A DNA stretch of 64,000 nt, from assembly GCA_964536285.1 (NCBI GenBank), contig CAZHXG010000009.1:2604-66603 (forward strand), written 5' to 3'. Positions 44,630 to 54,766 of the stretch are shown here, piece by piece. The DNA is from an uncultured Bifidobacteriaceae bacterium. Lineage in GTDB: Bacteria; Verrucomicrobiota; Verrucomicrobiia; Limisphaerales; UBA11358. The notes beneath the pieces were generated by a model. That model searched no databases and had not been told where the DNA came from. It saw only the letters and a list, made by a program, of their open reading frames with translations. Numbering within the stretch: position 1 is the first letter of the stretch; each line of letters opens with the position of its first letter. Made by a program: the position numbers and the translations under genes.

Positions 44630-44728
44630 GTAGCAGCCGAAGTCATCGGGCTCATTTCCCGGATGATAGGACGGATTCGCATCCGCTGCCACGAATTTTG
44701 AAATGAGCCTCGTCACCTCGGCTCCTAC
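44630..44728. repeat. cluster of three REP-like 24-nt elements
   Basis: The copies are gtagcagccgaagtcatcgggctc (44630-44653), ggacggattcgcatccgctgccac (44669-44692, degenerate, inverted) and gagcctcgtcacctcggctcctac (44705-44728, inverted). Confidence 0.7.
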
Positions 44729-44732
44729 AAAA

Positions 44733-45317
44733 TCATTTTAGCTTGACGATCTGGCGCAGAACTTTGAGGAACGTCTGTGGCGGCGTGCCGTCGGTGTTGA
44801 TCTGGTGGACGAGCTTTTTTCCGTAAAAATTCAGCACGGGCTTGGTCTCGGCCTCGTAGGTTTTCAGGCGCGCACGGATGACGTCCATGTTCGCGTCATC
44901 GAGGCGGTTGTCCTTGAGCGCGCGGCGTTGCAGCCGCTTGACGAGGTTCTCAAAATTCGCGCTGCACATGTAAAACACGGCGACGACGTTGAGAAATTTG
45001 TCCAGCATCTGCGCCTGATGAACGTTGCGCGGGATGCCGTCGAGGACAAGCGTGTTGCGCTTGTGGTCGAGTCGTCCGGCGGCGGCGAGGCCGTGCGTGT
45101 AATTTTTCCAAAGCTCGATGGTCGGCTCGTCGGGCACGAGTCCGCCGGTGCTGGAATGTTCGAGAAAAATTTTCCCGAGCGGCGTTTCGGGACTCAAGCT
45201 ACGGAAGACTTCGCCGCAACTGCAATGGACAAAGCCCGGTATCGAGCCGAGTATTTTTCCGTGCGTGCCCTTGCCGGAACCGGGCGCGCCGAACATGAGT
45301 ATGGTGCGGTATTTCAT
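44733..45317 (-). CDS. adenylate kinase family nucleoside-monophosphate kinase (short form, no zinc lid)
   Basis: 194 aa. The P-loop is GAPGSGKGT, and LDGIPRN is present. Confidence 0.8.
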   Translation of the reverse strand: MKYRTILMFGAPGSGKGTHGKILGSIPGFVHCSCGEVFRSLSPETPLGKIFLEHSSTGGLVPDEPTIELWKNYTHGLAAAGRLDHKRNTLVLDGIPRNVHQAQMLDKFLNVVAVFYMCSANFENLVKRLQRRALKDNRLDDANMDVIRARLKTYEAETKPVLNFYGKKLVHQINTDGTPPQTFLKVLRQIVKLK

Positions 45318-46249
45318 GTGTCCTTCGGTTGAAGTTGAATCTCGTGAATGTCCCCGAACGGCACCATGATTTCCTGATGCTCCCCGCCCTGCACGACTTC
45401 AAAATAGATTTCGTTGTTGGCTATGCGCGCAATGCGCTCGACGACCAGTTGCCCGCCTGAAATTTTCACGATCAACGTCATCTGCCGGTCATGACCGCCA
45501 TGCACACGGGTGAAGAAAGCGGGAAATTTCGTCTCGAAGAAACGGCGGTTGAACATGAATTCTCCGCGCTGAAAAATCTGCGGATCGGGTTTTTCAGCGG
45601 TGGGCGGGGATTGTGCCTGCCACGAACCCGCGACAATTTTTATGTCGTCCTTCGGCGCGCCCGGCATGGCGTAAGTCTGCGGATCGGCTTGCGCCTCCGT
45701 TGAGGCTTCCGCTGGGGCGGCAGTAACCGGCATCGGCAGTGAAAGAAAAATGACCGGCCCAAAAATCGGCAGCACCGCCGACGCGCCCATCACCAGAGGA
45801 ATCGGCCGCGAACGGACGACCGCAATCTCAAAGGCAGCGTAGAGGTTCGCGGCATAAACCAGCAACAGAACGAAAATTCCAACCGACGATGAAAACAACG
45901 CACCGAACAAGGATTGCGGCGGGGGCACCTCTAGCCGTGTCACGTCCTGAACTTGTATTTCCGGTTTCGGCGGGCGTTCCGACTGCGGGATTTCAATGAA
46001 AGGCTCGACGAGCGGTTTGATTTTCGGATTTTCGGACAGTTGCTTCAGCCCATCTTGCGAAAATTTTGTCCATGGCACACGGTCGGAGTAACTGTCGTCC
46101 GCCATCCGGAATTTGACGCCGACGTCGTCGAATGAAACAATGTCGCCGGTCAATGACGTTCCGTCCGCCATCGAATAAGTGTCGGCACGGGCGGAGATTA
46201 GCATTCCGCAAAGCCAGAGACCGAAAACTGTCCAAAGGATTTTTCGCAC
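45314..46249 (-). CDS. membrane protein, unknown function
   Basis: 311 aa. It has a signal peptide, a central pair of TM helices and a Pro-rich linker. The stop overlaps the start of the adk-like gene by 4 nt (ATGA). Confidence 0.6.
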   Translation of the reverse strand: MRKILWTVFGLWLCGMLISARADTYSMADGTSLTGDIVSFDDVGVKFRMADDSYSDRVPWTKFSQDGLKQLSENPKIKPLVEPFIEIPQSERPPKPEIQVQDVTRLEVPPPQSLFGALFSSSVGIFVLLLVYAANLYAAFEIAVVRSRPIPLVMGASAVLPIFGPVIFLSLPMPVTAAPAEASTEAQADPQTYAMPGAPKDDIKIVAGSWQAQSPPTAEKPDPQIFQRGEFMFNRRFFETKFPAFFTRVHGGHDRQMTLIVKISGGQLVVERIARIANNEIYFEVVQGGEHQEIMVPFGDIHEIQLQPKDT

Positions 46250-46515
46250 TGGTTTGTTCTAACAAACCGGACGGCGGCGGGAAAGAAAATTCAAGCCGTC
46301 TCATTCCGCCGTGCTCGGCTCCGGAAAAAACTTACTGCCTGATAGATTTTTGTGAATTGGCTGTTAACAAGTTTTTACAACTGTAACTTTTTTGTCCCAC
46401 AACATCGGATAGAATCGGGACAAGTCAGAGATGAATCGGTCTTGGGTTTAAAGAGAAGTGCCATTCATGCGCCCTCAGTCATCAAACAAGATCGACAAAT
46501 CAGAATGGGAACTGC

Positions 46516-47250
46516 ATGAAACTTGTCCGAAATTCTGCGATGGTTTTTCTTGCGTGGATAGCCTCGCTTTTCGCTGTGTCGGTTCTACCTGTCGGCGCGC
46601 AATTTCAACCGGCCCAGGCATTCGTTCGCGACATCCATGGCTCCGCCACCTGTTCCATTGATGGAAAATGGCAGTCGCTCACGGAGAACACCACCTTGGC
46701 GGCAGGTGAGACCATCAAGACCGCTCCGGACACGACCTTGGATCTGTTCCTGCCGGACAGCCGGACCGCTTTGCGACTGATGCCCAACTCGGTTTTGCGG
46801 CTCGATCGCTTGGATAAAATGCCCGCCGGCGAATTGGGCGTCACCATGACCAGATTGAGTTTGCTGTCCGGTGCCATCATCGGCTCCCAGCATAAGCTGA
46901 TCCGCCCTTCCGAGTTTGAAGTCGGGTGGCCAAGTGGAATGGCCAAAATCGTCGGCACCGAATATTCCATTGGGGCGGATGGAACCGTGGTTTGTTTGAG
47001 AGGGACGGTGTCGGTAGCCTACAATCCGCCCGGCAACGGCTCGCCCGTCAGCGTTTCAGTTCCAGCGGGATTTTCATCCAATCCGGCCACCGGCGAAGCC
47101 GTGGTTGCCAGCAGAACCCTTCTGCAGAATATCACGCCCGACCTGCAGGCGGTTCGAAACAACGACGCGGCGTTCAACGCCCGACAGACGACCGTGGTTG
47201 AGCACGACGGTTCCGGTGACAAAATGTCCCCGACCCAAAGCCACAGATAA
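46516..47250 (+). CDS. FecR-domain protein, exported
   Basis: 244 aa. After a signal peptide comes a FecR-like pattern: G.A......W..L.....L..G..I.T....L.L.L.D......L.PNS.L followed by GTEYS. No ECF sigma factor gene is adjacent. Confidence 0.65.
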   Translation: MKLVRNSAMVFLAWIASLFAVSVLPVGAQFQPAQAFVRDIHGSATCSIDGKWQSLTENTTLAAGETIKTAPDTTLDLFLPDSRTALRLMPNSVLRLDRLDKMPAGELGVTMTRLSLLSGAIIGSQHKLIRPSEFEVGWPSGMAKIVGTEYSIGADGTVVCLRGTVSVAYNPPGNGSPVSVSVPAGFSSNPATGEAVVASRTLLQNITPDLQAVRNNDAAFNARQTTVVEHDGSGDKMSPTQSHR

Positions 47251-47299
47251 CATCAACGGGGAACCGGCCGACTTCAGAAAATTAGGCAAGCATTCGAAC

Positions 47300-47374
47300 T
47301 GGCTCCAGAGGTAGGACTCGAACCTACAACCACACGGTTAACAGCCGCGTGCTCTACCATTGAGCTACTCTGGA
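47300..47374 (-). tRNA. tRNA-Asn (anticodon GTT), CCA encoded
   Basis: The reverse complement is TCCAGAGTAGCTCAATGGTAGAGCACGCGGCTGTTAACCGTGTGGTTGTAGGTTCGAGTCCTACCTCTGGAGCCA. I folded the cloverleaf by hand. Confidence 0.9.
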
Positions 47375-47428
47375 ACGCAAAGGGACGTGGAATCTACAAG
47401 CCGAATTTTTCGGCGTCAAGATTTTGCT

Positions 47429-48187
<759 letters not shown>

Positions 48188-48274
48188 TTAACAGCCGCGC
48201 GCCGAATCGTCAAATCAAAGACGCTGTGAAAATTCTTCTGCGAAGTAAAATTAGTAAGCCATAACACCTTCAAA

Positions 48275-48669
48275 TTATTTTGAATTTGTTGTACTCATCG
48301 AATTACCATTCGTTAAAATAGGTGCAAGTATTGTTGAATCTAATTCAATGGCTTTTTTGAAGTCGGCTTGCGCTCCAATTAAATCACCTTGAGCCAGTTT
48401 CACAAAACCGCGACCTTCGTATGCGGGAGCATTTTTAGGTTTAAGTTTAATCACCATGTTGTAATCAGCCAATGCGCCGTCAAAGTCACCCATTTCTTTT
48501 TTCAGTTCGCCGCGCCCAAGTCTGGCTAAAATATACATTGGTTGAAACCGGGAACTGAAATCGCACAACCGGAAAGAAATTGAAAAATAAAAACGCCAAC
48601 GCAGCAAACAATGACAACCATCAGTTTTTGATTTTTCGCTTCAAGTTTTCGCCGCTTGCCTATTGCCAT
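48275..48669 (-). pseudogene. low-GC TPR lipoprotein gene, apparently split by a frameshift
   Basis: The frame from the ATG at 48669 encodes MAIGKRRKLEAKNQKLMVVIVCCVGVFIFQFLSGC.., a lipobox signal, and stops at 48526. The TPR repeats (ORF 48275..48607) lie in a different frame from the signal-peptide ORF and overlap it. Confidence 0.45.
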
Positions 48670-48778
48670 GTGTTTAGAAAATCAGTCTTTCGAGATTTAT
48701 TCAACAAATTTACGATGATTCCAAAAAGCAAAAAAGGCGTCCATCGCTGGACGCCTTTGCAATTTTGTTTGAAGAATT

Positions 48779-49621
48779 TTACGCGCTTTCGCCGACTTGA
48801 AACCGCACGAACCGGCGGATGGTGATCTCATCGCCAAGCTGCTTGCCGATCTGCGCGACGTGTTCCTTCACGCTGACTTCGGAATTGCGTTTCACGAAAC
48901 CCTGATCCACGAGGCAGTAGGTCTGGAAAAATTTGTCCAGCACGCCCGCAAGGATTTTTTCCATCGCCTGCGGCGGCTTGCCCTTGAGCCGGTCGGACGA
49001 CGCGGCGATCTCGCGTTCCTTTGCGATGACTTCGGGCGCGACCTGCTCGCGCGAAACCGCGTGCGGATGTCCCGCCGCGATCTGCAACGTGATGTCGCGC
49101 ACGAGTTGCTTGAATTCTTCCTTCGTCGTCGTCTCAGGCTTGCCCGCGCCGACTTCGACGAGCACGCCGACTTTTGCGCCGGTGTGGATGTAAGCCGCGA
49201 CGAGTCCGTTGCCGGAAACCTCGATGCGCTGATGTCGCGAAATCAAAATGTTCTCGCCGATCTTAGCCACGACGGCGACGCGGTCGGCTTCCAAATCCGC
49301 CTTCGGATTCGCCGCGAGTTTTTTGGCGATGTCTTCGCAGAACGCGCGGAAGCTGTCGTTCTTGGCGACAAAATCCGTCTCGCAATTGATCTCCACCAGC
49401 ACGCCAACTTTTGCGCCGGGCGCGATGTGTTGGGCGATGACGCCTTCGTTTGCCGCGCGGTCGGCTTTTTTCGCGGCGGATGCGATGCCCTTTTTGCGGA
49501 GAATGTCTCCGGCGGCTTCCAAGTCGCCTTTCGATTCGACGAGCGCCTTTTTGCAATCCATCAAACCCGCGCCGGTCATCTCGCGAAGTTTGCCAACGCT
49601 TGCAGCAGTGATTTCAGCCAT
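48779..49621 (-). CDS. tsf: elongation factor Ts
   Basis: I trimmed the start to MAEITAASVGKLREMTGAGLMDCKKAL (UBA-like N-terminus). The gene lies downstream of rpsB. Confidence 0.95.
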   Translation of the reverse strand: MAEITAASVGKLREMTGAGLMDCKKALVESKGDLEAAGDILRKKGIASAAKKADRAANEGVIAQHIAPGAKVGVLVEINCETDFVAKNDSFRAFCEDIAKKLAANPKADLEADRVAVVAKIGENILISRHQRIEVSGNGLVAAYIHTGAKVGVLVEVGAGKPETTTKEEFKQLVRDITLQIAAGHPHAVSREQVAPEVIAKEREIAASSDRLKGKPPQAMEKILAGVLDKFFQTYCLVDQGFVKRNSEVSVKEHVAQIGKQLGDEITIRRFVRFQVGESA

Positions 49622-49686
49622 ATAATTAAAAGTTAAATCGTTGAATCGTGAATCGTCACAACGGAAGTAAATCCTGTTGAACAAAT

Positions 49687-50496
49687 TTATGCCGGTGAAC
49701 TTTCCGGCGTTGAAGGATCGTCACCGGTGGCAACTTCAACCGCCTGCGCAGATTCAAATTTTTCCGCCGGAGCAACTTCCTGTGCATCCGGCTTGCGCGC
49801 GCGCTTCGATTCAAATTCCGCCTGCGCCTGCGTGATGATCTGGCCGATCGTCGCCATGATCATGCGCACGGAGCGGATGGCGTCGTCGTTGGCCGCAATC
49901 GGATAAGTCACGAGATCGGGATCACAATTCGTGTCCACGAGCGCGACGATGGGAATTTTCAATTTGATCGCCTCGGCCACGGCGTTGTGCTCGCGCTTGA
50001 TGTCCACGACGAACATCGCGGCAGGAATCTTGTCCATCGCGCGGATGCCGTCGAAATACTTGTGCAGTCGCGCGGCTTCGCGGCGGATGACAGCCTGTTC
50101 CTGCTTGCCGTAATTGGCGAGCGAGCCGTCGGCATCCATCTTCTCGATTTCCTTGAGCCGTTTGATGGAAGTCTTGATCGTGTTGTAATTCGTCAACGTG
50201 CCGCCGAGCCAGCGCTCGACGACGTAAAATTGTCCGCATTCCTTCGCGGTGTCTTTGACACATTGCTGCGCCTGCTTTTTGGTGCCGACGAAAACGACTT
50301 TTCCGCCTTTGCGAACTGTCGTGGAAAGAAAATCGCAGGCGGCTTCGAGCTGCTCGACGGTTTTCGAGAGGTTGATGATGTGGATGCCGTTGCGCGCGTC
50401 GAAGATGAACTGCTTCATCTTGGGATTCCAACGCTTCGTCTGGTGTCCGAAATGGACGCCTGATTCCAACAATTCTTTTACGCCAATACTTAACAC
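49687..50496 (-). CDS. rpsB: 30S ribosomal protein S2
   Basis: 269 aa. The N-terminus is [19 protein letters not shown], and there is an acidic C-terminal extension. Confidence 0.96.
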   Translation of the reverse strand: MLSIGVKELLESGVHFGHQTKRWNPKMKQFIFDARNGIHIINLSKTVEQLEAACDFLSTTVRKGGKVVFVGTKKQAQQCVKDTAKECGQFYVVERWLGGTLTNYNTIKTSIKRLKEIEKMDADGSLANYGKQEQAVIRREAARLHKYFDGIRAMDKIPAAMFVVDIKREHNAVAEAIKLKIPIVALVDTNCDPDLVTYPIAANDDAIRSVRMIMATIGQIITQAQAEFESKRARKPDAQEVAPAEKFESAQAVEVATGDDPSTPESSPA

Positions 50497-50831
50497 AATT
50501 TTCCTTTGGTTAAAAATTCGCCGGAGCGAACCATCCCGCGGAACACGGGATTAATTTTAGTGTTGTTGTGGCCATCGCATTCACACGAACACGAAATTTT
50601 TAAGGCCGTTTTCTTTTTCCAAACCGCCGGTTTAGCGGTTTGCAAAAGGCTGGGGAAAATAACAGCGCCATAAAAAAGGGCAATCTTTATTTTCAAGCTT
50701 TGCTCTTATATCCGGCTTGAGCCACATCGTCTCATAGCGCCAAGCCACATTGTCCCGTAATCCATTATCCCGTTTTCAAACAAGGACATCACCGCGTTTT
50801 ATATTTGTAAAAGCGTCACGCATAGTCTATT

Positions 50832-51563
50832 ATGCGACGCACTACCAAAGCAGACAATCGCTACGGGCTTGTGGAAAAGATTGCCATAGAAAAACGTTTG
50901 GGAATGTCGGTCAAGAACTGGAGAAGCCGTCTCGACATTCCACAAGGCGAACTCGCCCGGCGCGCGGGTTTGCAGCGGAGCTACATTTCCGATGTCGAGC
51001 GCGGCTCGCGCAACGTCTCACTCAAAAGCATCGAAAAACTCGCGGATGCGCTTGGAATTTCCGTTCTGACCTTGTTTTCCGATGTCAATTCCAAGTCGGC
51101 GACCGAACCGCTGCACGCGGACGAGCTGGCGGAGATCCTGATGGTTGAAGACGACGAGAAGGACGCCGTGCTCGTGACCGAGGCGTTGAAGAACGCCAAC
51201 ATCACCAATCGAATCTTCGTGGTGCATGACGGCGCGTCGGCCTTGGATTTTCTCTTTTGCACCGGCGAGTTCGCCTATCGCCGCACCAACGATCAACCGC
51301 AAGTCATCCTGCTCGACCTGAATCTCCCGAAAATCGGCGGACTCGAAGTGCTCCGGCGAATCAAGGCGGATTCGCGAACGCGCTCGATCCCGGTCGTGGT
51401 ACTGACTTCTTCGAAAGAAGACCACGACATCACCGCCGCCAAGCGCCTCGGCGCGGAGACATACATCGTCAAGCCGGTGGACTTCCAGAACTTCAGCGCG
51501 GCAACCCTTAAGTTGAGCCTGCAATGGGCGTTGTTGAAACCTGCGGCGCTGCTCGGCGCATGA
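50832..51563 (+). CDS. XRE-type HTH domain fused to a C-terminal receiver (REC) domain
   Basis: 243 aa. The HTH_XRE region is QGELARRAGLQRSYISDVERGSRNVSLKSIEKLADAL. REC follows, with EDD, LLDLNLP (acceptor Asp), LTSS and VKP. Confidence 0.8.
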   Translation: MRRTTKADNRYGLVEKIAIEKRLGMSVKNWRSRLDIPQGELARRAGLQRSYISDVERGSRNVSLKSIEKLADALGISVLTLFSDVNSKSATEPLHADELAEILMVEDDEKDAVLVTEALKNANITNRIFVVHDGASALDFLFCTGEFAYRRTNDQPQVILLDLNLPKIGGLEVLRRIKADSRTRSIPVVVLTSSKEDHDITAAKRLGAETYIVKPVDFQNFSAATLKLSLQWALLKPAALLGA

Positions 51564-51686
51564 GTCCGTCGCGCATCCTTCCCAAAAAATCCGTCAAGTC
51601 CGTTTTCGTAATCGCGTTTAAGTGACGCGCCGGGTCACGCACTTCCGACAGTAACGCGCTGGCACCTTCCATGCAGTGAAGGAGTC

Positions 51687-52247
51687 ATGCGCCTGACTTT
51701 AAATCAACCAAATCCGCTAAAAACTTTTTGGGCAAATTTTCGGACGCTTTTCACTCTGCTGACACTGTCCGCCTGTCTCGGCTCCGCGACAGCCGCGGAT
51801 GTTTCTTTGCATTGGAATCCAAGTTCCGACCCAAGCGTTGTCGGCTATAATATTTATTACGGAAAAACGAGCGGCGATTACACAAGCATGGTCACCATCG
51901 GAAACGTATCGGTCATAACGATTTCAAACTTAACTTGCGGGGTGACTTACTATTTCGCCGCAACGGCTTTCGATGCGAGCGAAAATGAAAGCGGTTTTTC
52001 AAATGAAGCCACGTTCATTGTCCCAGGTACTCTTACTTTAAGTTCGGGATCAAACCCCGGCGATCCCCTGCTGATAAAATTTCCCGTTGCGCCTTCGCAT
52101 TGGTATGAAGTTCAAGCCTCGACCAACCTGCAATCCTGGACGACCATCTGGCAGACAGGCGTGTCCACCTCAAACGCCCTGGTTCAGTATTCAGACCCCA
52201 ACGCGGGCAAGTTTTCCTCGCGGTTTTACAGATTGGTTCTTCATTGA
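51687..52247 (+). CDS. secreted fibronectin type III domain protein with F-Y-R-L C-terminal module
   Basis: After a signal peptide, the FN3 pattern is W.PS.DP.V.GY.IYYG...Y......TY.FA..A.D..ENES..S.E. The C-terminus reads STNLQSWTTI..RFYRLVLH. Confidence 0.72.
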   Translation: MRLTLNQPNPLKTFWANFRTLFTLLTLSACLGSATAADVSLHWNPSSDPSVVGYNIYYGKTSGDYTSMVTIGNVSVITISNLTCGVTYYFAATAFDASENESGFSNEATFIVPGTLTLSSGSNPGDPLLIKFPVAPSHWYEVQASTNLQSWTTIWQTGVSTSNALVQYSDPNAGKFSSRFYRLVLH

Positions 52248-52309
52248 TCGCGACGTGAAAGACTCTTTGCTCGCGAGCGATGCCATGATAGCTTCAGCCG
52301 CGTCCGGCT

Positions 52310-53326
52310 TTGAAAATCCTCATCCTCAAACCCAGTTCGCTCGGCGACGTGATCCAGGCGTTGCCCGTTTTGCGCCTGCTCAAACTTCATCTGCCCGACG
52401 CGGAAATTTTCTGGTGGATTGATTCCGCCCTCGCGCCGCTGCTCGAAGGCGATCCGGATCTGGCCGGCGTCGTCCGCTTCGAGCGCAAACGCTGGACTGC
52501 CCCGGTTCGCTGGCCGGAAATGCTGCGAAGCATTCTTTGGATGCGCGGACAAAAATTCGATTGGGTGATTGATCTGCAATGCCTCGCGCGCAGCGGCGCG
52601 TTCGCTTGGCTCGCCGACGGAAAATTTCTCATCGGCCTCGACGAAGTCCGCGAAGGCTCGCGGGGATTTTACGATGTCGCCGTGCCGCGAAAATCTTTTC
52701 ACACGCACGCCGTGGATTGGTATTTGTCCGTGCTGCCGCCACTCGCCGTGCCGGTTCACAAAAAATTTCAATGGCTGCCCGGACGACCCGCAATCAGCGC
52801 CGCTGTAAAATTAAAATGGAAAACCGAGGGAATAAAATGGATTACAATCCAGCCCGGAGCGCGCTGGCTGAATAAACGCTGGCCGGTTGAAAATTTTGCC
52901 GAACTCGTCCGTCTGTCCGCAAAAAAATTTCCCGACGCGCGCTTCGTCGTTCTCGGCGGCGGCGAGGATGAGCCGCTCGGCGAAATCATTTCGCGCGCCG
53001 CGCCGGAGCGTTGCCTGGATTTGTGCGGACAGATTTCGCTGCCGGAAATGATCGAGTGGGTTCGGCTCTGCGACCTGATGGTCACGAACGACACCGGCCC
53101 GATGCATGTGGCCGCCGCGCTCGGCAAACCGCTCGTCGCGCTGTTCGGCCCGACCGCGCCGCAACGCACAGGTCCTTACGGCCAGCTCGAAAACGTTCTG
53201 CGGATCGAACTCCCCTGCTCTCCCTGCCTCAAATCGTATTGCACTTACGAAAAACTGGATGAATGTCTCAATGCAATTTCCGCCGCGACAGTTTTTGAAC
53301 GCGTCTGCAAACTTTTCGCGCCTTAA
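52310..53326 (+). CDS. glycosyltransferase family 9 (heptosyltransferase-like)
   Basis: 338 aa. MKILILKPSSLGDVIQALP and the C-terminal NDTGPMHVAAALG are typical of GT9. Confidence 0.88.
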   Translation: MKILILKPSSLGDVIQALPVLRLLKLHLPDAEIFWWIDSALAPLLEGDPDLAGVVRFERKRWTAPVRWPEMLRSILWMRGQKFDWVIDLQCLARSGAFAWLADGKFLIGLDEVREGSRGFYDVAVPRKSFHTHAVDWYLSVLPPLAVPVHKKFQWLPGRPAISAAVKLKWKTEGIKWITIQPGARWLNKRWPVENFAELVRLSAKKFPDARFVVLGGGEDEPLGEIISRAAPERCLDLCGQISLPEMIEWVRLCDLMVTNDTGPMHVAAALGKPLVALFGPTAPQRTGPYGQLENVLRIELPCSPCLKSYCTYEKLDECLNAISAATVFERVCKLFAP

Positions 53327-54651
53327 ATTTTTCCGATTTGTTTTTTCGCCCACGCACGCGCGGCGCGCGCCGTTTTCAATTCATCCGCAAGTTGCTTTTC
53401 GCGGATTTCGTGAATCAACGCGCCCATCGCCGGGCCGGGTTTCATTCCGAGCGCGATCAAATCTTCGCCTGTTAGCAGCGGCGGACGAATCGCCGGCCGC
53501 TTTTTCAATTCCTCCGCCTGCTCCAGCAGAAAATTGTAAAACTCCAGATCGCCGTGCGAACCGAGACAATCCAGTTTGTGCAATTCCAGTTCCAGCGGAA
53601 ATGTTTCGCGCAAAAGCAATCGCCGCAACGTCGCCTTGCGCATCTGCTTCACGTCCTTGAACTGCATATGCTGTCGCACACATGCGACGATTTCCTCGAT
53701 TTGCTTTTTCGGAAAGCGCAGCCGCTCCAAAATCTTCTCCGCCATCTCCGCGCCGACTTTCTCGTGGCCGTAAAAATGAATCGCGCCGGTCTTTGAATCG
53801 CGTTCTGCAGTCACAGGTTTCGCGATGTCGTGAAACAAAACCGCCCACGGCAAAGATTCGTGAGCGTCCGGCGGCAATTTTTCCAGCATCAACTTGATGT
53901 GCTCAAAAACCGTTCCTTCAGGATGAAAATCCGGCGATTGCTCACAGGAAATTGTCGCGGCGAGTTCCGGCAGGATGTGTTCCAGCAATCCGCTGTCGCG
54001 CAGCAAAACCAATCCGCGCATAGCGTGCGGCGGCGAAAATAATTTCAAAAGCTCGTCGCGAATCCGTTCGGCGCTGATGAGTTCGATTTTCGGCGCGAAC
54101 GATTTGACGGCTTCAAAAGTTTTCGATTCGATCTCAAAATCCAGTTGCGCGGCAAAACGGACGGCTCGCAGTAAACGTAAATGGTCTTCGGCAAATCGTT
54201 CTTCAGGTTTGCCAATCGTCCGGATGATTTTCGCACGCAAATCCTTTTCGCCGCCGACCCAGTCGTGAGTTTTTTTTGAAACCGGATCGTAAAAAAGTCC
54301 GTTCACGGTGAAGTCGCGGCGCTGCGCGTCGGCTTCGGCATTAGCAAAAACGATTTTTTCCGGACGGCGACCGTCTTTGTAATCCGCTTCGGCACGAAAG
54401 GTGGCGACTTGGAATTGATGTCCGTCCTCGACAACGACCATCACGCCGAATTTTCTGCCGACGGCGATGGTGCGTTTGAAAAGTTTTTCGACCTGCTCCG
54501 GCTTCGCGTCTGTGGCGATGTCAAAATCTTGCGGCTCGCGTCCGAGCAAAAAATCGCGCACGCAACCGCCGACCCAAAACGCAGCAAAGCCCACCCGCTG
54601 CAGTTCGGCAACGATTTTTTTTGCGACAGCTTTGGGCGAATCGGGCGTCAT
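53323..54651 (-). CDS. cca: CCA-adding tRNA nucleotidyltransferase with HD domain
   Basis: 442 aa. The class II nucleotidyltransferase motifs are VGGCVRD and DFDIAT. RRDFTVNG and the HD motif LFHDIAKP are present. Confidence 0.88.
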   Translation of the reverse strand: MTPDSPKAVAKKIVAELQRVGFAAFWVGGCVRDFLLGREPQDFDIATDAKPEQVEKLFKRTIAVGRKFGVMVVVEDGHQFQVATFRAEADYKDGRRPEKIVFANAEADAQRRDFTVNGLFYDPVSKKTHDWVGGEKDLRAKIIRTIGKPEERFAEDHLRLLRAVRFAAQLDFEIESKTFEAVKSFAPKIELISAERIRDELLKLFSPPHAMRGLVLLRDSGLLEHILPELAATISCEQSPDFHPEGTVFEHIKLMLEKLPPDAHESLPWAVLFHDIAKPVTAERDSKTGAIHFYGHEKVGAEMAEKILERLRFPKKQIEEIVACVRQHMQFKDVKQMRKATLRRLLLRETFPLELELHKLDCLGSHGDLEFYNFLLEQAEELKKRPAIRPPLLTGEDLIALGMKPGPAMGALIHEIREKQLADELKTARAARAWAKKQIGKI

Positions 54652-54766
54652 TTACAATTTACGATTCACGATTTACGTGCAAATTACCAGATAACTCGTC
54701 AGCATCTTAATTTGAATTTTCACAAACCGGTTGCAACGTGCCGGACATTGCTTTATAAGCAAGAAG

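Noticed and set aside
50497-50831. The 335-nt region upstream of rpsB, considered as a possible structured leader or ncRNA. Hairpins are ATCCCG-7 nt-CGGGAT and AAACCGC-7 nt-GCGGTTT.
   Set aside because: The hairpins are plausible, but I cannot assign them to a known S2 leader or any RNA family by eye. I report nothing without covariance evidence.
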